From: Bispira polyomma | Lineage: Eukaryota | Assembly (NCBI GenBank): GCA_965649765.1 | Contig: OZ287752.1 | Span: forward strand, 60,574,001-60,638,000 | Length of the DNA: 64,000 nt | Direction of reading: 5' to 3' | Shown here: piece by piece, positions 26,526 to 41,319 of the stretch | Layout of the letters: every line of letters begins with the position of its first letter | Position numbering within the stretch: position 1 is the first letter of the stretch | Notes under the pieces: generated by a model | What the model was told of the DNA's origin: nothing | Databases searched by the model: none | The model's input: the letters and a program-made list of their open reading frames with translations, nothing else | Translations under genes and position numbers: made by a program

Positions 26526-27592
26526 TGCACTATTCTCCAATAGTTAAAGGGTGAAAATCATTAGTTACATTGGTACAGCTATAACGGTACAGCTCTCCTG
26601 TAGTTAAAGGGTGAAAGGCATTAGTTACATTGGTACAGCTATACTATTCCCCTATAGTTAAAGGGTGAAAGGCATTAGTTACATTGTTATAGCTACACTA
26701 TTCTCCTATAGTTAAAGGGTAAAAGGTATTAGTAATATTAGTATAGCTACACTATTCTCCTATAGTTAAAGGGTAAAAGGCATTAGTTACATTAGTATAG
26801 CTACACTATTCTCCTATAGTTAAAGAGTGAAAGACATTAGCTACATTAGTATAGCTACACTATTCTCCTATAGTTAAAGGGTAAAAGGTATTAGTAATAT
26901 TAGTATGGCTACACTAGTCTCTTATAGTTAAAGGGTAAAAGGTATTAGTTACATTAGTATAGCTACACTATTCTCCAAAGTGAAGGGGTGAAAGGCATTA
27001 GTTACATTAGTATAGCTACACTATTCTCCTGTAGTTAAAGGGTTAAAGGCATTAGTTACATTGTTATAGCTACACTATTCTTCTATAGTTAAAAGGTTAA
27101 AGGCATTAGTTACATTAGTATAGCTACATTATTCTCTTATAGTTAAAGGGTGAAAGGCATTAGTTACATTGTTATAGCTACACTATTCTCCTATAGTTAA
27201 AGGGTGAAAGGCATTAGTTACATTAGTATAGCTACACTATTCTCCTATAGTTAAAGGGTGAAAGGCATTAGTTACATTAGTATAGCTACACTATTCTCCT
27301 ATAGTTAAGAGGTGAAAGGCATTAGTTACATTAGTATAGCTACACTATTCTTCTATAGTTAAAGGGTGAAAGGCATTAGTTACATTAGTATAGCTACACT
27401 ATTCTCCTATAGTTAAGAGGTGAAAGGCATTAGTTACATTAGTATAGCTACACTATTCTCCTATAGTTAAAGGGTGAAAGGCATTAGTTACATTAGTATA
27501 GCTACACTATTCTTCTATAGTTAAAGAGTGAAAGGCATTAGTTACATTGTTATAGCTATATCATTATTTTAAAGCTAAAGGGTGAAAGACAT
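26526..27592. repeat. 54-bp minisatellite, about 20 copies
   Basis: Unit ATAGTTAAAGGGTGAAAGGCATTAGTTACATTAGTATAGCTACACTATTCTCCT; stop-rich, no long ORF in the track. Confidence 0.97.
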
Positions 27593-29139
27593 TCGGTAAT
27601 ATAATTTCTATAAGAGATGACATTAAGGTATAGGCCAAAAAGAACCAATTAAAGAACCAGGTAAAAGGGCGGATCCAGAAATTTGTTCTACTTGTTGGCA
27701 CTCTTGCTCTTTGGCGAATATGCACTCTACTGAGTCCCCTTCTAGTTTAGGTATGCCCTTGCATCCTACACTTTATTTAAGTTCTAAAAATCAACTGGGA
27801 CCATATTCGCAAAGATTCTTAGAAATGTAATTCTTTGACTTTTCTTAAACTCAGCCAATCAAATTCTTTGAAACAATGTTTTCAGCTGATCAGATTGGTT
27901 GAGACACTTGTTTAAAAAAAGACTCTTTGTAAATACCAGCCCAGGATTCACCTATTTCCTAGTATTTTTTAAGTAATTTCTGTCACAGAAGACAGCAGTC
28001 TCTTACACAAGCCTGCATATATGCTTTTCTCTAATAAGATCCCCTTTTATATGTTTTATATGGCTTAATCAGGAGACAAATTGAGGAAGTAACAGACAAG
28101 CAGCTTTCTGCGGCATATTTTCATATTCTTGTGCCACCAGTTTAATAGCGATGTAATTGTATTTCTGATGATAGAAAGTCTGGATAGGGAACAGACACTT
28201 AGGAAACAGTGTGCACAGATTATAAACTGTGATTACGGATTATATGGGTTTTGAATACTGTTTGTTCCTTCATGTGGAAAAGTTTGCAAGGTACTTTTTG
28301 TATGCCAGTGATTTGCAGTTCTTTAGCATTGGTTTCTTCCACCATTTAATCTGGCTTTGGTGACATGACCTAAACTGTAAAAGGGACGTAAACAATTATT
28401 GTAAAAAATAACAGATAAATCAGGGTAGTCGACCCCAGTAAATACTCCTGGGGTGGATTAAAATTGATTCTGGAACAAAAAATGATATAAGATAAGACAT
28501 TAGTTATAGCACATTTATACAACACAGGGTCGTTTCAAATGCACTTCCTCATGGGCAGCCACTATGGGGGCCGAGGTGCTTAAGGATGACCCTTTATCAA
28601 CATCCCCCAAGGATCTTTAATCTTCCACTGGAGATAGTACTCACCGCCATTTTAAGTGGTCATCCTAGCCACTAGGCAAACTTGTGTTCACATCTTGCCC
28701 AAGGATGTTATCCCACCAAATGAATAGCACTATATAAATGTTTTTTTAATAATGATAATAGTGAAAACTAGCGGCCGGTACCAGGAATAGAAGATGGAAC
28801 ATTCTGAACATCAGACCAACACCTTAACCACTAGACCACAGTCGATATCATTTTAAGTTACCCTTGCAAGATATTCTGTTTTTTTGAAGATAAATTTGAA
28901 AAAAAAAAAACTATTCCAATAGTCTATGTCACTTCAAGAGCTACTGTAGCTATGTTACTGCTGAAATGATAATATTTTGTCATCGAATTTGTAGGGTTGA
29001 ACTTACCATTAATTAAAGATGCAGTCACTTACCCCCTATCCTAAAACACAACCTCACCCCAGTGTTTAAGTACCACTAATAGGTTCTACAAGATGTCGCC
29101 CCAAAGGAAGTGTTCCACTATAGTGGTTTAAGAGAGATG

Positions 29140-29347
29140 AGAGTTGTCTTTTTGAAAAAGACACAGGCTCACAGTGTGGAATACCCTGACGTTGATGTGA
29201 CCCCTATATACTCAAGCCTCAGTTTGAATGGGTCAATTGCTTCCAATCAATCCATTGAGGCCTTACATATTATTTCTAGGATGGCAGTGCCCTTTTCAAT
29301 GGCGGTACTCTCAGAATAAAAACAACATCAGGCTGCGCCTAATAAAA
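29140..29347 (+). repeat. Unclassified interspersed repeat of about 210-260 bp (other copies at 37791-38000+ and 42357-42616-)
   Basis: All three copies begin AGAGTTGTCTTTTT..AAA and end AACATCAG(G/A)CTGCGCCT(A/G)ATAAAA. Confidence 0.8.
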
Positions 29348-31379
29348 CTCTTACGGCGTTCTATTAATAGCTGCCTATTAACCAAAATGTCGTAATAAAG
29401 GAAACAATAAGTCAACCAAAGGAAACTTCAAACGAAAAGGTGGAAAGTGAGGCGTAACAATGACGAACTACAATAAACCATCAATAATGTGCCCACAAAT
29501 ACACAATACCATCAAAGTGGGGTTGGAAAACCTATGACATTTCTAGTACTACAACCATTTATAGCAAGTGGGCTGTTTATTTTATATTCTGCTGAGTCAT
29601 TATGTACCTTTAATTCTAAGGTTCAATTCTTGGTCAATAACTTATTTCTTTTACATAAAAATTTTTTGGCTACTACATATATTTTTTTGGGGTATATATT
29701 TAGGACAGACAACATTCACTTAAAACAAGTAATATTAAAAATTATTAAATGTGGTGATATTTTGTGAAATGTTGTAAAACTAATCATAAAGTATATAAAA
29801 ATGTAGTAATTTAGTCATAATTTGATTTCGTGAGTTAGTGTTAGTTCATTTATTATAATGCCTGGATCACGATTCACGATCTATCACCACGACTATCCCT
29901 GACTATGTCAATTACTGTTGGATCACAGATCCTCGTCTACAGTAAAAACAAATTAGAATTTCCATGGGTATTCAGAGTCACAACAATACCATGCACTTCC
30001 TAAAGAATGCCAGCACTATTCCTGATTAGGCCTCTCATTGATTAGTAGTTTGTCACGACATAGCTAGGACTATACCACGACTGTTCTGGATTTATCAGAA
30101 CTTCTCAAGACAACATTGTGATTTTCACAAATACACATCATGCTTCTACCAAGACTAAAACAACACCAGGAATAAACACATCCAACAACAAGATCTACAA
30201 AGACTAGCCAAGATAACACTTATGATAACCTTAGACTAGCTAGGCCTCATCCAGATTGATCAATACTTGCAAAAAAATCATAGCTACTTAACATTTAGAT
30301 GGGAGTAATATTGTCGCCACCCAGCTCGGCCACTCAGTGGAAATAGTGCTTGGACTTTGACAAAGACTTATCAGGACCTCTCCTGACTTTGTTAATCGGC
30401 GTCAGTCAGGGTTCTAGATTGTGAAGTGTACTTAAGACTTATTAGTGACTCAATTGGTAACAGCTCACAAAAATCTCCCAAACGGATTTTCGTCCCTGAA
30501 CACTACTACTAACATTAAAAAGCAATCTCAAACAAGGATCATCAAACTTTACCTTGGGCTATAATGCTAAGACTGTCATGGTTATGATTTATAGTCACTA
30601 TAAATGATGCAATTTACATCTTTAGGCTAATCTCGTTTTTTACCCTGCCAAAATGTCATATGGCAAACATTGTGGGTGTAAACTTCAATAGCCAATTACT
30701 AAAGAGTAGCAAGTGAAAACAGCTATACATTTAGAGCAGAGTCTAGACATATATAATGAAGCATTACTCAAAACCCACACACCTCTCTGTCATTAAGTAC
30801 ATGTGTTAATTTAACCATACAGCAAGAGGGGTAGTTTTTTTTATATATATCGGGCTATTAACTAATAGCGTTCATCAGGTGGGCTACAGTTATTGGACAA
30901 TCAGTCCTTTCATCAACTATGTCTTCCATTTTCAGAAGCAGAGGGTTGCTTATTGGTTCAGGGGAGCAATATTTATTGTTGGTGGTTTTTTTCTTATTTC
31001 CATTCTTTTTTTAAGTAGAAATGGCCTCGCATCACGCTAGTGTCACTTTGTTCCTTATTGTTATGTAATTAGCCTGAGAATTTCATGAATGGAGGAAATC
31101 ACTGGCGACTACAAAAGTGGATAACGGGCTAGCAATGACGTCATCTACTACAGCCTACACATCCCCAACAATAGCACCTACATTTAGCCTTTCTCCGGCT
31201 TATCTTCATATACTAGTGTAATTTGAAGAGGATTTGGAAACTTTAGAAAGCTGTTCGCCTATTATGTGTGTTAATTGTATTTTAGCTGAATGATGCCAGG
31301 CATCTTCTAAGTGTAACATCCGAATCGCTAAACTATTGATCGTTATTATAATACTTTGTCTATTGGACGCCATCTGTGG

Positions 31380-31735
31380 CTAGTGGCGTTTTCCCATCTT
31401 GCCCAAGGATGTTGACAGAAGTCAAAACAGGGACCAAATCAGGGATTATCTAATCAGCAGATTATCTGCCCATCTAAGAGTCGAACTGTGGAAATTTAAA
31501 TCGCTAAACCAATTTTCCAGTCAGGAATCAAACCCTGGACTTTGTGATCAGGGATCTTTCGATCACCAGACCAAGTCCCCAACTTAGAGTCGAAATGGGT
31601 GACCTTATGATCACTAGAGCAACTACCAGCTGGTAATTGAATCGAGGATCTTTGGATCACCAGACCAACTCCCAGGTGTAAATCAAACCAGAGTCTTTCA
31701 TATCACCAGACTAAATCCCTAACCATTAGACCATC
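31380..31735 (-). mobile_element. tRNA-derived SINE with a tandemly reiterated head (family also at about 11280-11460, 28600-28840, 45410-45595, and head 34037-34105+)
   Basis: The motif ggga(c/t)cttt.gatcaccagaccaact occurs four times. A-box TGGTCTAATGGTTAG at the end. The body catcttgcccaaggatgtt is shared with the other copies. Confidence 0.65.
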
Positions 31736-34700
31736 CATGATGGATCGCAGATAAACTGGTTACACCATATTGCCAAAAATACATAACTGATTTATGAGAC
31801 TTTACAATGTTCGGTATTGCCATAAATTATTTCATCTGTATTTGATCATTATTGTACCTTCCCTCTCAAAGTCTCAGTTATATATAACATTGCCAACATT
31901 TGATATATCTTTCTGAATGGTGTCAATTCCCTGCTTATCACACAAAGATATTAGAAAACTTATCGGGGACCATAATTGTGATTACAGCTTTGACAATTTC
32001 TTCTGAGCATTATTCAGAAACAAAAATCAACAAGGTAAATGAACAATGATTATGTCATTTTGTTGCAGAAATATTCTGAAAAAAATTCATTTGTCCATGA
32101 AATAAGCTTGCTTAATACATATGATGTACACACCTGTAATGGTAAGATATATGGGTAATCCTACTTTTAACACTATCCATGGTACAGTATCTTACACAGC
32201 ACAAAGACAAACAGGTATATACAGATAGTGTTTATTGAGACATATTTTACAAATAAAAGCCAAAGCAAGGCTGATTCTAAGACCTTGAATTTCTTTTTCT
32301 GATATCAGATCCAATTATTTCAATGTTTAGTGATAACTAATGTTTAGTAGTTATTTTTGCAGAAAGTTACTCCATAGTTGAGGGCAGAATAAAACAATTC
32401 CAGCCATATCACTAAGAACAGGGCTATACATACTTTTTTAGTGTGCCTTATCCAAGAAGACCATGTTCACACCAGTTGTAAAAGATTTCCTATGACAAAT
32501 TGGTTGGTTGGTGATAATCTTTGGCAAGTGACTCTTTTTACTGCTGTTTATCAGTTATGACCCCTACTTTATACTCAATCACTCCATTATACATAGTTTG
32601 CTTAAACCTACCAACACTGTTCACTATTGTATAAGTCCTGTATAAGTGGTCCATACAATACACACATTTTGAAAAATCAATAGATACAAATGTATTTATA
32701 CTGTTGTATTGTGATTTAGTCCACAATATACACCTATACTTACCATCATCCAACCACCTAAAGACACCACAGTATACTTATAATTGTTACCACCAGAACC
32801 TCTCTATCATTAGCCACCATCATCCAAAACGCTCACATAATATAACCATGCTGAACTTTAGTTTAAACTCTAGAAGGATACAACCCTCTGAGGACACAAT
32901 AATGGCCACAGTGGCCAATTGTTTTACACCTGCCCTTCAGTCTGGATTATTTGTGAGTGACCTGAGTTATAGTAATATATAAATATAAATTACCTGTATA
33001 TTACTGGTTTCATCCACTAAAATATTTGGCTGTTAGAATGTACCATCAAAATGTTAACCGTCACATTAACCAGAATTTTACAAGATCACAATCATAGAAC
33101 TATTGTCATACCACACTCTCTTGACCTAAAGTCATAATCACTCACATATTTGAGTGACTGACAAGGCATGACTACACCGACAACTACATAACACAAGGTG
33201 ACACAAATATAATATTAGAAATATGATGATATATAAAGATTGTATAGACTGCTCCCATCACTACACGACATGACAATTGAACAAAATCTCAAAAAACCGT
33301 TGTGGCGTTAGGTTATGCCATATGTTACATATAAAAAGAAAAAAAAATAGTTTATATGTATTAAGTAGTGCGGTGTTGTGTTTGATGTGAATAGTATTGT
33401 CGTGATATGTCGTCCCCTGTCGTATCATGACGTGTCGCATTTAAGCAATGATGCATAAAATATCACCAGCCTGAACTCTATTAGGTAAGTTAACCAACAC
33501 ATTAGAACATCAAGGCGCATTCTACTATAGATGGCAGTACTGTACCAATGATCCTTCTCTTACCAAACATCAGCAGTTAGTCATCCCTTTTGTATGAGCC
33601 ATTGTAAGGTAATCAGGCATACTGATCAATCTTGTATGGACAAAATGGTTTGTGTATGTTGAATACCTGTGACGTAAAAGGTTGAGTACCAAACTGGGTT
33701 CTTTACAGTCACATACAGACGTAACCATTTCCTGCTGAACACCTATACTGGCTACTGTTATGTTCTTTAATCATTGCTATTGTGATTTATAAATGACCTA
33801 CTTCAATGCATGGCAAAAGGGTACGTTTACATTATCACTCACTATGACAGACACAAGTCTGTAATGAATAACAAATTTCCTGAATATACTTTTTATTCTT
33901 ATTATGATTCACTTTGATTCCCAGATTCGGCTGTATTTACATGACGTCACTAAACATTAAGCAATTGACTTGTAGAGACCATATTGTTCTTTTTTTAACA
34001 TTCGTGCTTATACTTCAGAATAGCATTGTATGCTTTCCCATGGCATAGTGGTAAGGGAGTCATTATGTGACCAGAAGGTCCTCAGTTCGATTCCTGATAA
34101 CAGTATACCAGTTATATATATCTTTGTTAAATAAGTGTCATTGCCTACTGCTGAAACGCTATACTGTGCTGTAGGACTATTAGAACAATAAGCACATCAG
34201 ATAACCAGTTAATAAGTTGGTGCTATGTAAAAATTAAAACTAAATATAAATTGCCTATAGAGAATAGGAAAGAAGGCAATAGGGATACAGTGCCACTTGT
34301 ATGTTTAAAATACTAGTAAGATTTAAGCTTCAAAACGAATATTATTTGGTTGTATTTAGTCTGCACTCAGCAGCCCTCCTACATAGCTTCTCTTCTTTCT
34401 TTCAGTAACCTGAAGAGAGGTAATAGTCTTTTCTCTTTCCTTTATTAAACCCACTAAGAAGGGTCGAGAGCTATAGCAGCCCCCGTGTTATGGAACAGTC
34501 TCCTGTTTGAGCTCAGGTTATCAAGAAAAACTTATTGGTTTTAGGAAAAAAAGATTAAATCTTATTTTTAAGCTCGTTTATCCTTCTTAATTCCCTCCTG
34601 TACACGCCCCACATCCTTCCTTATGACTATTGCTATGTTTATGGACTACAAGAAAATACCTAGCATCAACAAAGCATGTTATGCATAGTAATAATTTGAC

Positions 34701-35694
34701 AAAAAAAAAAGATAATTATGCCATTAATGATTTACAATAAATTTAGATGAGTGAATTTTCTATCCCAAAATACTGTTACTTAACATTTTAACCAATTAAT
34801 GACTAAAGCAGATTTGTCATATTTATTTTCTTTTCTCAAAAAAAAAAACATAATAACACAGACTGATGACGTCTTGACTCTAATAAAAAAACATCTTGCA
34901 TAACAAAGCCCTACACGAGTGGCAGTATTCCCTAATTCTTTCAAACTGAACTTACACTCAAGCTCACATCTATAAGGTACACAAATCTCTGGCTAGAGTG
35001 GAGTCAAATCTGACTGCATATAAGAATTCAGTGCTGGGAGCTCTACTGCTCTACATGAAAAATGGTTCTAAGTCTATACTATAGCACAATAGAGAAACTT
35101 TCAACATCATCTACGTTTGATTTGAGTTTTGAATTTCCATAGATAAAATCTGACTCTAGTGGTACAATCAAATCAAGGGAAACGAACTGCCAGAATCAAA
35201 GACATATCTCACCCAATTAAGACTTATCCCATAATGCATAATTGCCTTCTCCTTCCGGTCTCATCTATTGGATTGAAAGCTATTAGGCAAGGTCACATGG
35301 CTAGTTAAATTGATATTTCGGAAGTCAAACATATTTGCCAGTTGGCTAAAGTGTTTTAATGGTCTCTGGTTTGCGTGTCATCGATGACATTCTCTGTCTT
35401 GACTTTTACCGGATTTCTACTGCCAAAGTAGGTTTCATGTTAAAATCTGTGCTGTTTCCTAGCTATTGTAATGTGGTCTACAGGGATTGTCTGGGAAACA
35501 TTTAAATTTTGTTGTTACAAGTTTTAATATGCATTAGCTACACCGTCTAGTGCTTGTCCTAGAGGTTACAATTACATCTCTGAGAAGTATCTGTACTGAA
35601 TCCTTTTTGTATTCTAAACTTCAGTAACTTCAAATTTTCTCCTCAAATCATTATCAAGATCTGCCATTATAAAAAGACCCTGTATATATTGCTG

Positions 35695-35907
35695 GTAACA
35701 GTTAAGGCCCACCAACAGTTAAGACCTACTCATTTTTTGACTGGAAATTAATATTAAAAGTTGGTTTTAATTATGTTAGTAATATACCAATTAGTGTGTC
35801 ATTTTGTTGTCAATAGCATGATATTTGGGTTAAAATGTTTTTAATGTCAATGTCAATGTTTCTTGGATATATTAACCAATATATTCAGGGTGGACCTTAA
35901 CTGTTAC
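35695..35907. mobile_element. MITE, about 213 bp
   Basis: TIRs gtaacagttaaggcccacc ... ggtggaccttaactgttac (18/19 match). Confidence 0.7.
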
Positions 35908-38900
35908 ACTACCAGTAAAGAAAAAATCAGACAATTAAATTATAAGGGAAAAGTATACCATAAAAATAAGCAATGGTAGAATACATGTGGTTAGTTACAT
36001 GTGGTATTTGGTAAAAAGGTAAAGGTTGTCAAATACACCACAGCATTATAGTAAATCTTATATTATGTACTGACACAAGGATTGAGTCACTATTTTGTTA
36101 TACATATCTATATTTCTGTGACCCATTTTGATAGACACAAGTCTTAGGTCTTTGTATATTTAATGTTTATATTCTAGATGTTACAGATTTATTCTTTATT
36201 GATTCTGTTTTGTTAGTTCTTAGTTTAGTGTCACCGTCACTGGATTAAACTTAAACTCATTGTGTAAATGTTGCGTAGACATCATATGCCCTACTTTGAG
36301 TCGAAAAGATACCGGGGACGTTTTACAGTCAATATCATTTTTTTATAAAAGCAATATATTTAAATTTAGTTGGATTTTACGTTTCTTTTAACAGCTTAGG
36401 CCACATCACCGTGTCTAGATTTAATGGTGAAGAAAACCATCGGCATGAGAGAAATAGCTGGATTCTAACCCACATCGGTGAGAGGCCAGTGATTGTAAAA
36501 CCAATGATTCTCACCACCAGGCCACTGCAGCAATATATCCCTACACTCAAGGACATGAAATACGTACATATTGTATACAATTGGTAGGGTTTTAATGCAG
36601 ACGTAAAAGTATGGAAAGGCTAAAGCTTAAAACTCACTTGACCGAGTTTTCTGTCCTTGGCAATGCTTTGATTTGCTGATGTTACGCATGGCGAGAGACA
36701 GAGTTGTCTAGTATACCGAATCGTTGTAAATGTACAACCACAGACTAAACGGAAAGATAGTAGTTTTTCTGTTATAGGTGCTGTTTCACATTTACAACAA
36801 TTTACACCTCTGTCCCTCACTTTGCATAACATCAGTAAATAGAAGCATTATTGAGGACAGAAAACTCGCTCTAAAAACTCACCAGATTGGTGTTGGAATA
36901 AGCGTATAGGTTCATTTATGGGGCTGCTCCAATAAACTCGGGAGGGACCCTGATTATATGATCGTGGTCAATCCTTGGCTTTTTTCTACGATTTTTTAAA
37001 AAAAGGCGGGAAAACTAGCATATAAAGATGAAAAGATAAGTCTCGAGGGCCTAAAGGATAAGTCCAAGGGCCAAGGATGGTCTAGTGGTAGAAATGTTTG
37101 CTTTTACAATCACATGGTCCTCACATCAGACGACACTGGTTCAAATCCCAGTGATTCCTGTAAGTGGTAAAGTAAGGCATGCACTTGTTTCCTCCACAGA
37201 CATTTATTATATACAACTTTTAACTGGACTTGTGCACAATAATCAAACCATCTCACCAATCGGAGGATGAAAAAAAATTCCCCCCCCAAAAAATAGGGCA
37301 CTTTCGCATTACACATACATGTATATGCCCACAGCCAAGCTACACCATATGATAATGTCAATCTAGAAGATCAACCGAAGATCAGTAAAACAATGTAACA
37401 CCCATTTGCTCTCTATGTTGAGACCAATAACCTGGAGTCAGTTCAGAACTTTTATTTTAAGCCTGCATATCTTTCTCTTTTTTTTGTATCTTTCCTCCCA
37501 TTTTTTCCTTCATGTTTTAGAGTACAACACGGTGCAGTAAAGTGATACAATGAGCTCGCTTTACAGGTAACATACCCAGTACAGCTTATATTACATGATA
37601 AACTGTCTGGGCCTCTGACGTCATCTATTACTAGACCCATCATTTTCACTCTACATATAACGCGAAGGGATTTTTTATCTAGTTATTTCCAAAAAATGCT
37701 GACTCATACTGTACTAGAAAGTCTTCCATACACTGCAGAGTACGCTTTGACCTTGACCGAGGTTCTGTAAACTTTTAACAAAAATACACAAGAGTTGTCT
37801 TTTTTTAAAAACACAGGCACACAGTGTGAAATACACTACCAACGTTAAAATGACCACAATGTTCGCAAGCCTGAGGCTGCAATAAATCTGAACGCCCTCA
37901 GTTTGGCTGGGTTAATTGCTTTCAAGAAGGCCTTACATATTCTCTAAGATGGTGGCGATCTTTTTATAATGAAAGCAACATCAGGCTGCGCCTGATAAAA
38001 CAAACAATTACATAACCACACCCTAGTAGGAACCTGCCATGGTTCAGCAACAGCTCAGGTGAAATCTATCTGTATCAGATATATTGTGAATTTATTATTT
38101 TCTGCAGCTGATAAATTTTTAGCTTATTTACAGGTGTTTTAGGTGAAATATGAAGATTCATATCTTTTGGGGCTGTTAGCCTGTAAGTTTTAACTAAGAT
38201 TTAGTGCAAGATAAAGTTGAGACAATAATAAATCATTTTACATCTCTAATGTATACCAGTCCATATCTTATGTCTACTTTGTATACCTAATAATATAACC
38301 TCGATCAATAGGGTTTGTTTAATGGATTTTATGAAATACTAAAAGTTATAAGCTTATTTCCATGCTGCCTTTTTTTGTGGTTAAAACCCATAAGAATAAT
38401 TACATGCCCATTTTAACATCTTGCAAAATGTATGTTTAAGTACAACATTTACAGCTTCCTCAAACAATGTTATTGTTGTGGCATAAGCTTGAATTTTCTG
38501 CTTAAAAGCTTTTTCCAAGAAATAGACTTTTAAAAGCTTATTTCCTGAACTATTTTTGCGTGATTTAAAAAATTTGCCATGTTTTCTTAGTTTTTTGGTG
38601 AGTTGTTAAAACATTACAACAAACGTTCCCAGAAATCATTACAGGGAAGAAATTATTGTGTTTTATGCATCAATAGCTCAAGTAAAAACCTATGCTATGG
38701 AGTGCGTCAGGTGTAAGCTAGAAAGGTTTTCTTAGTTTTGGTAAATGCAGCATTATGTCAGTGCCATTGTGGCCTACTGGTTAACACAGTCATTAGCAAC
38801 ACAGGGGACCTGGTTTCTGGCTCAGCCCGGACCACTCAGGTACAGACAGATACATAGCATCCAAGATGACCATTTATTTAATGGCAGTTTTCTCTAATTG

Positions 38901-41107
38901 GGTCTTACCCCCAGTGTGACACGGTTGAATAACCTCAAGATGTTAATAAGTGGTCATCTTGAAACCTGTGTAAATGTTCCAAAATTGCCAAACAATTTGT
39001 ATTTTATTTGTATTATGTTTCTTAATTCCTTATCTTAAACTTTCATAGACCAAAAAAACCTGCTCTGAGATATGTATCTGTAGTTTTGGGTTGTCAAACT
39101 ACAGTAACCCATTGATTGAACTCAATTAGTAATCTCTAGACGATAATTTTGTAAAACCGAAGGGAATAATGATAATAAAGCAATAGATAATAACCCCAAA
39201 TGTTGTCTCTCCTGGGGGTTGTTGCTTAAATTTGAAGGCTGGCAACATACAACATTGTCGCATTTGTTATACAATTTATAATTGTATATCTGGAATTCAG
39301 AGACTATTTTGGGTATTTGATTTAAATTACATTGTCAACAGTTTCGTATTCTGTATTTAGATTTATACCCATGTGGTATACAATGTACTATTAACCTTTT
39401 CTTGAATTTTCCCAAGTACAGCCAACCAGCACTAGTAACTGTCATTCCCATAACTGCAAACAGTAGCTTGAGAATAACCATTTATCAAATGTTTCTAAGG
39501 TTCTTTAGCCTGTCAGTGGGGATAGGATCCAATGGCAGAGGACCACCATCTTTTAAAGTGGTTATCTTAATCAATATAATTGATCAATGTATCTGCCGGT
39601 ACCTAGTTGTCCCAGGTTGGGTTTAAACTCTGGCCCTAAGTGAGACTGTTACCCACTACGACACATTAACAGCTCTTTGCTCGTCAACATTAGTTCTGAC
39701 AGTGGCAAATTCAAATTCACAGACACTGTTACTGGTCACAGGACGAGGAGCTCAAATAATTCATAAAAAAGCTTTTTAACTGTTAAATCAAGTGAGCTTA
39801 ATTTTTTTGTCCAGAATATTTGACTCACTATAGAAGTGCAATGTAGCAACATTATGCATATGTGTAAATACATACATTATACATGTATTTGAGTAATGGG
39901 CCATTGTTACCATTTTAAAAGAAAAATTGAGTGAACTTTAAATTATGATATAAGTTTTATTATTTTTAATGGCACAGTTATTTTGCATGGTTTTATATAT
40001 CAATTTGCCATAATTCTAACAGTAGTATAGTTATCATTTAAAGGGCTCTGTGAACAATACATACAGGAGAGTCAACGGCATTCCTTAATATGTTCATTTG
40101 AACAAAGGGGTTAAGTTGTTCTAAAATAAATCCAGAGTTTATTTATCGATGAGTTTGGTCTGTTTACTTAAATAAACCCCCACATAACCACACTTTAAAC
40201 ATGCATGCTTAGTAATTTTGACAGCGAAAAGAAGATCAAACTTTAATAGGATGTGAATGCTTGACTTGCCTTGAAATAACTGGCTGTATTGTTTTTACTT
40301 TTTACCTCAAATTGTTTCAGTAAACGTTACATGTTTTTGTATAAAAAAAGAGGAAATGATTAGTCTCATGGAAACTAGGCAGACTGGACAGAAGCCAACT
40401 TAATCGGGGGGGGGGGGGTGTTTTTCTGTTAAATTAGCTGTTCCACTGGCAAGATAGATTAGGGGCAGCCCCGATTTAGGCACCTCAGTCGTAATCCTGT
40501 AGTTTTTCCGATGGATCATGATGATTTGGACAGTCAGGGCCGTAATCCTGGTGATCCGGGGATCAAATAACGTGATCCTGAAGTTTCTAAACATGTTCAG
40601 AAAATGGGCCAATTGAGGATTTTACCCCCCTCTGGGCCAAGATAAGTGGGAGTAGCCCTGAATAACCCTAAGGCCAGCCCGGTTGATCTGGGTATATTTT
40701 CCCCCATTCCCCCAAAACAACAAAATGGAATCCTCATTGTTGTAAAGATTAATCTGGGTGGCTTCCCCAATTGTTAAAATCAACTGGGGTGGCTTCTCCG
40801 ATTGTTAAGATCAACTGGGGTTGATTCTCTGATTGTTAAGATCAACTGGGGTAACAAAGATTGCTTTTTGGGAAAAAATATTCAAAAATAAACAAAAACT
40901 GACCTTTTATACCCAAAACCCAGACAAATAGGAGATCAGTCAAACAGGGTCCCGGTTATCGCAATTGAATTGTTGGGTCCCTAAAGATCACCCGGGGTAG
41001 TCACCCTACGATATTTTAAGTATTTCCTGTCCTAGATCAAAATTTGTCTATCACAGCAGGTGGTCCAGAGGATTCAGCGGGGTGCCACCAATATCGTCAA
41101 AGTCGGG

Positions 41108-41319
41108 TTTAAATTTGAATTTGGATATTTAACGTCCACTCTAGTACCTTTTAGTAGGTTATATTGGGACGGGTAGTTGGAAACGCTGGAGGAAACACTG
41201 CATACAGTCGGTCAAGGTTCTGCAGAGAAACGACCGGCCCACAGTAAGGAACTACCACCTTTCCCACATAGGCATCGACGGGATTCGAACTCACGCCGCC
41301 CAGAGGTGAGAGACCAGTG
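41108..41319 (-). mobile_element. Young 5'-truncated tRNA-derived SINE with a 14-bp TSD
   Basis: TSD tcgtcaaagtcggg at 41094-41107 and 41320-41333. B-box GTTCGAATCC is present and the A-box is missing. Highly similar to 58863-59118. Confidence 0.9.

Noticed and set aside
23319-27592. Arrays as CRISPR loci or coding repeats
   Set aside because: The units are contiguous with no unique spacers, there are no cas genes, the context is eukaryotic, and the units are stop-rich.
34037-34105. tRNA gene
   Set aside because: It has A/B-box-like motifs, but the stems do not pair into a cloverleaf and it matches the head of a local SINE family.
36990-37020. E2F-like GGCGGGAAAA (also about 10600) and NRF1-like TGCGCATGC (about 43771) as promoters
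   Set aside because: These are isolated motifs with no associated exon or ORF that I could identify.
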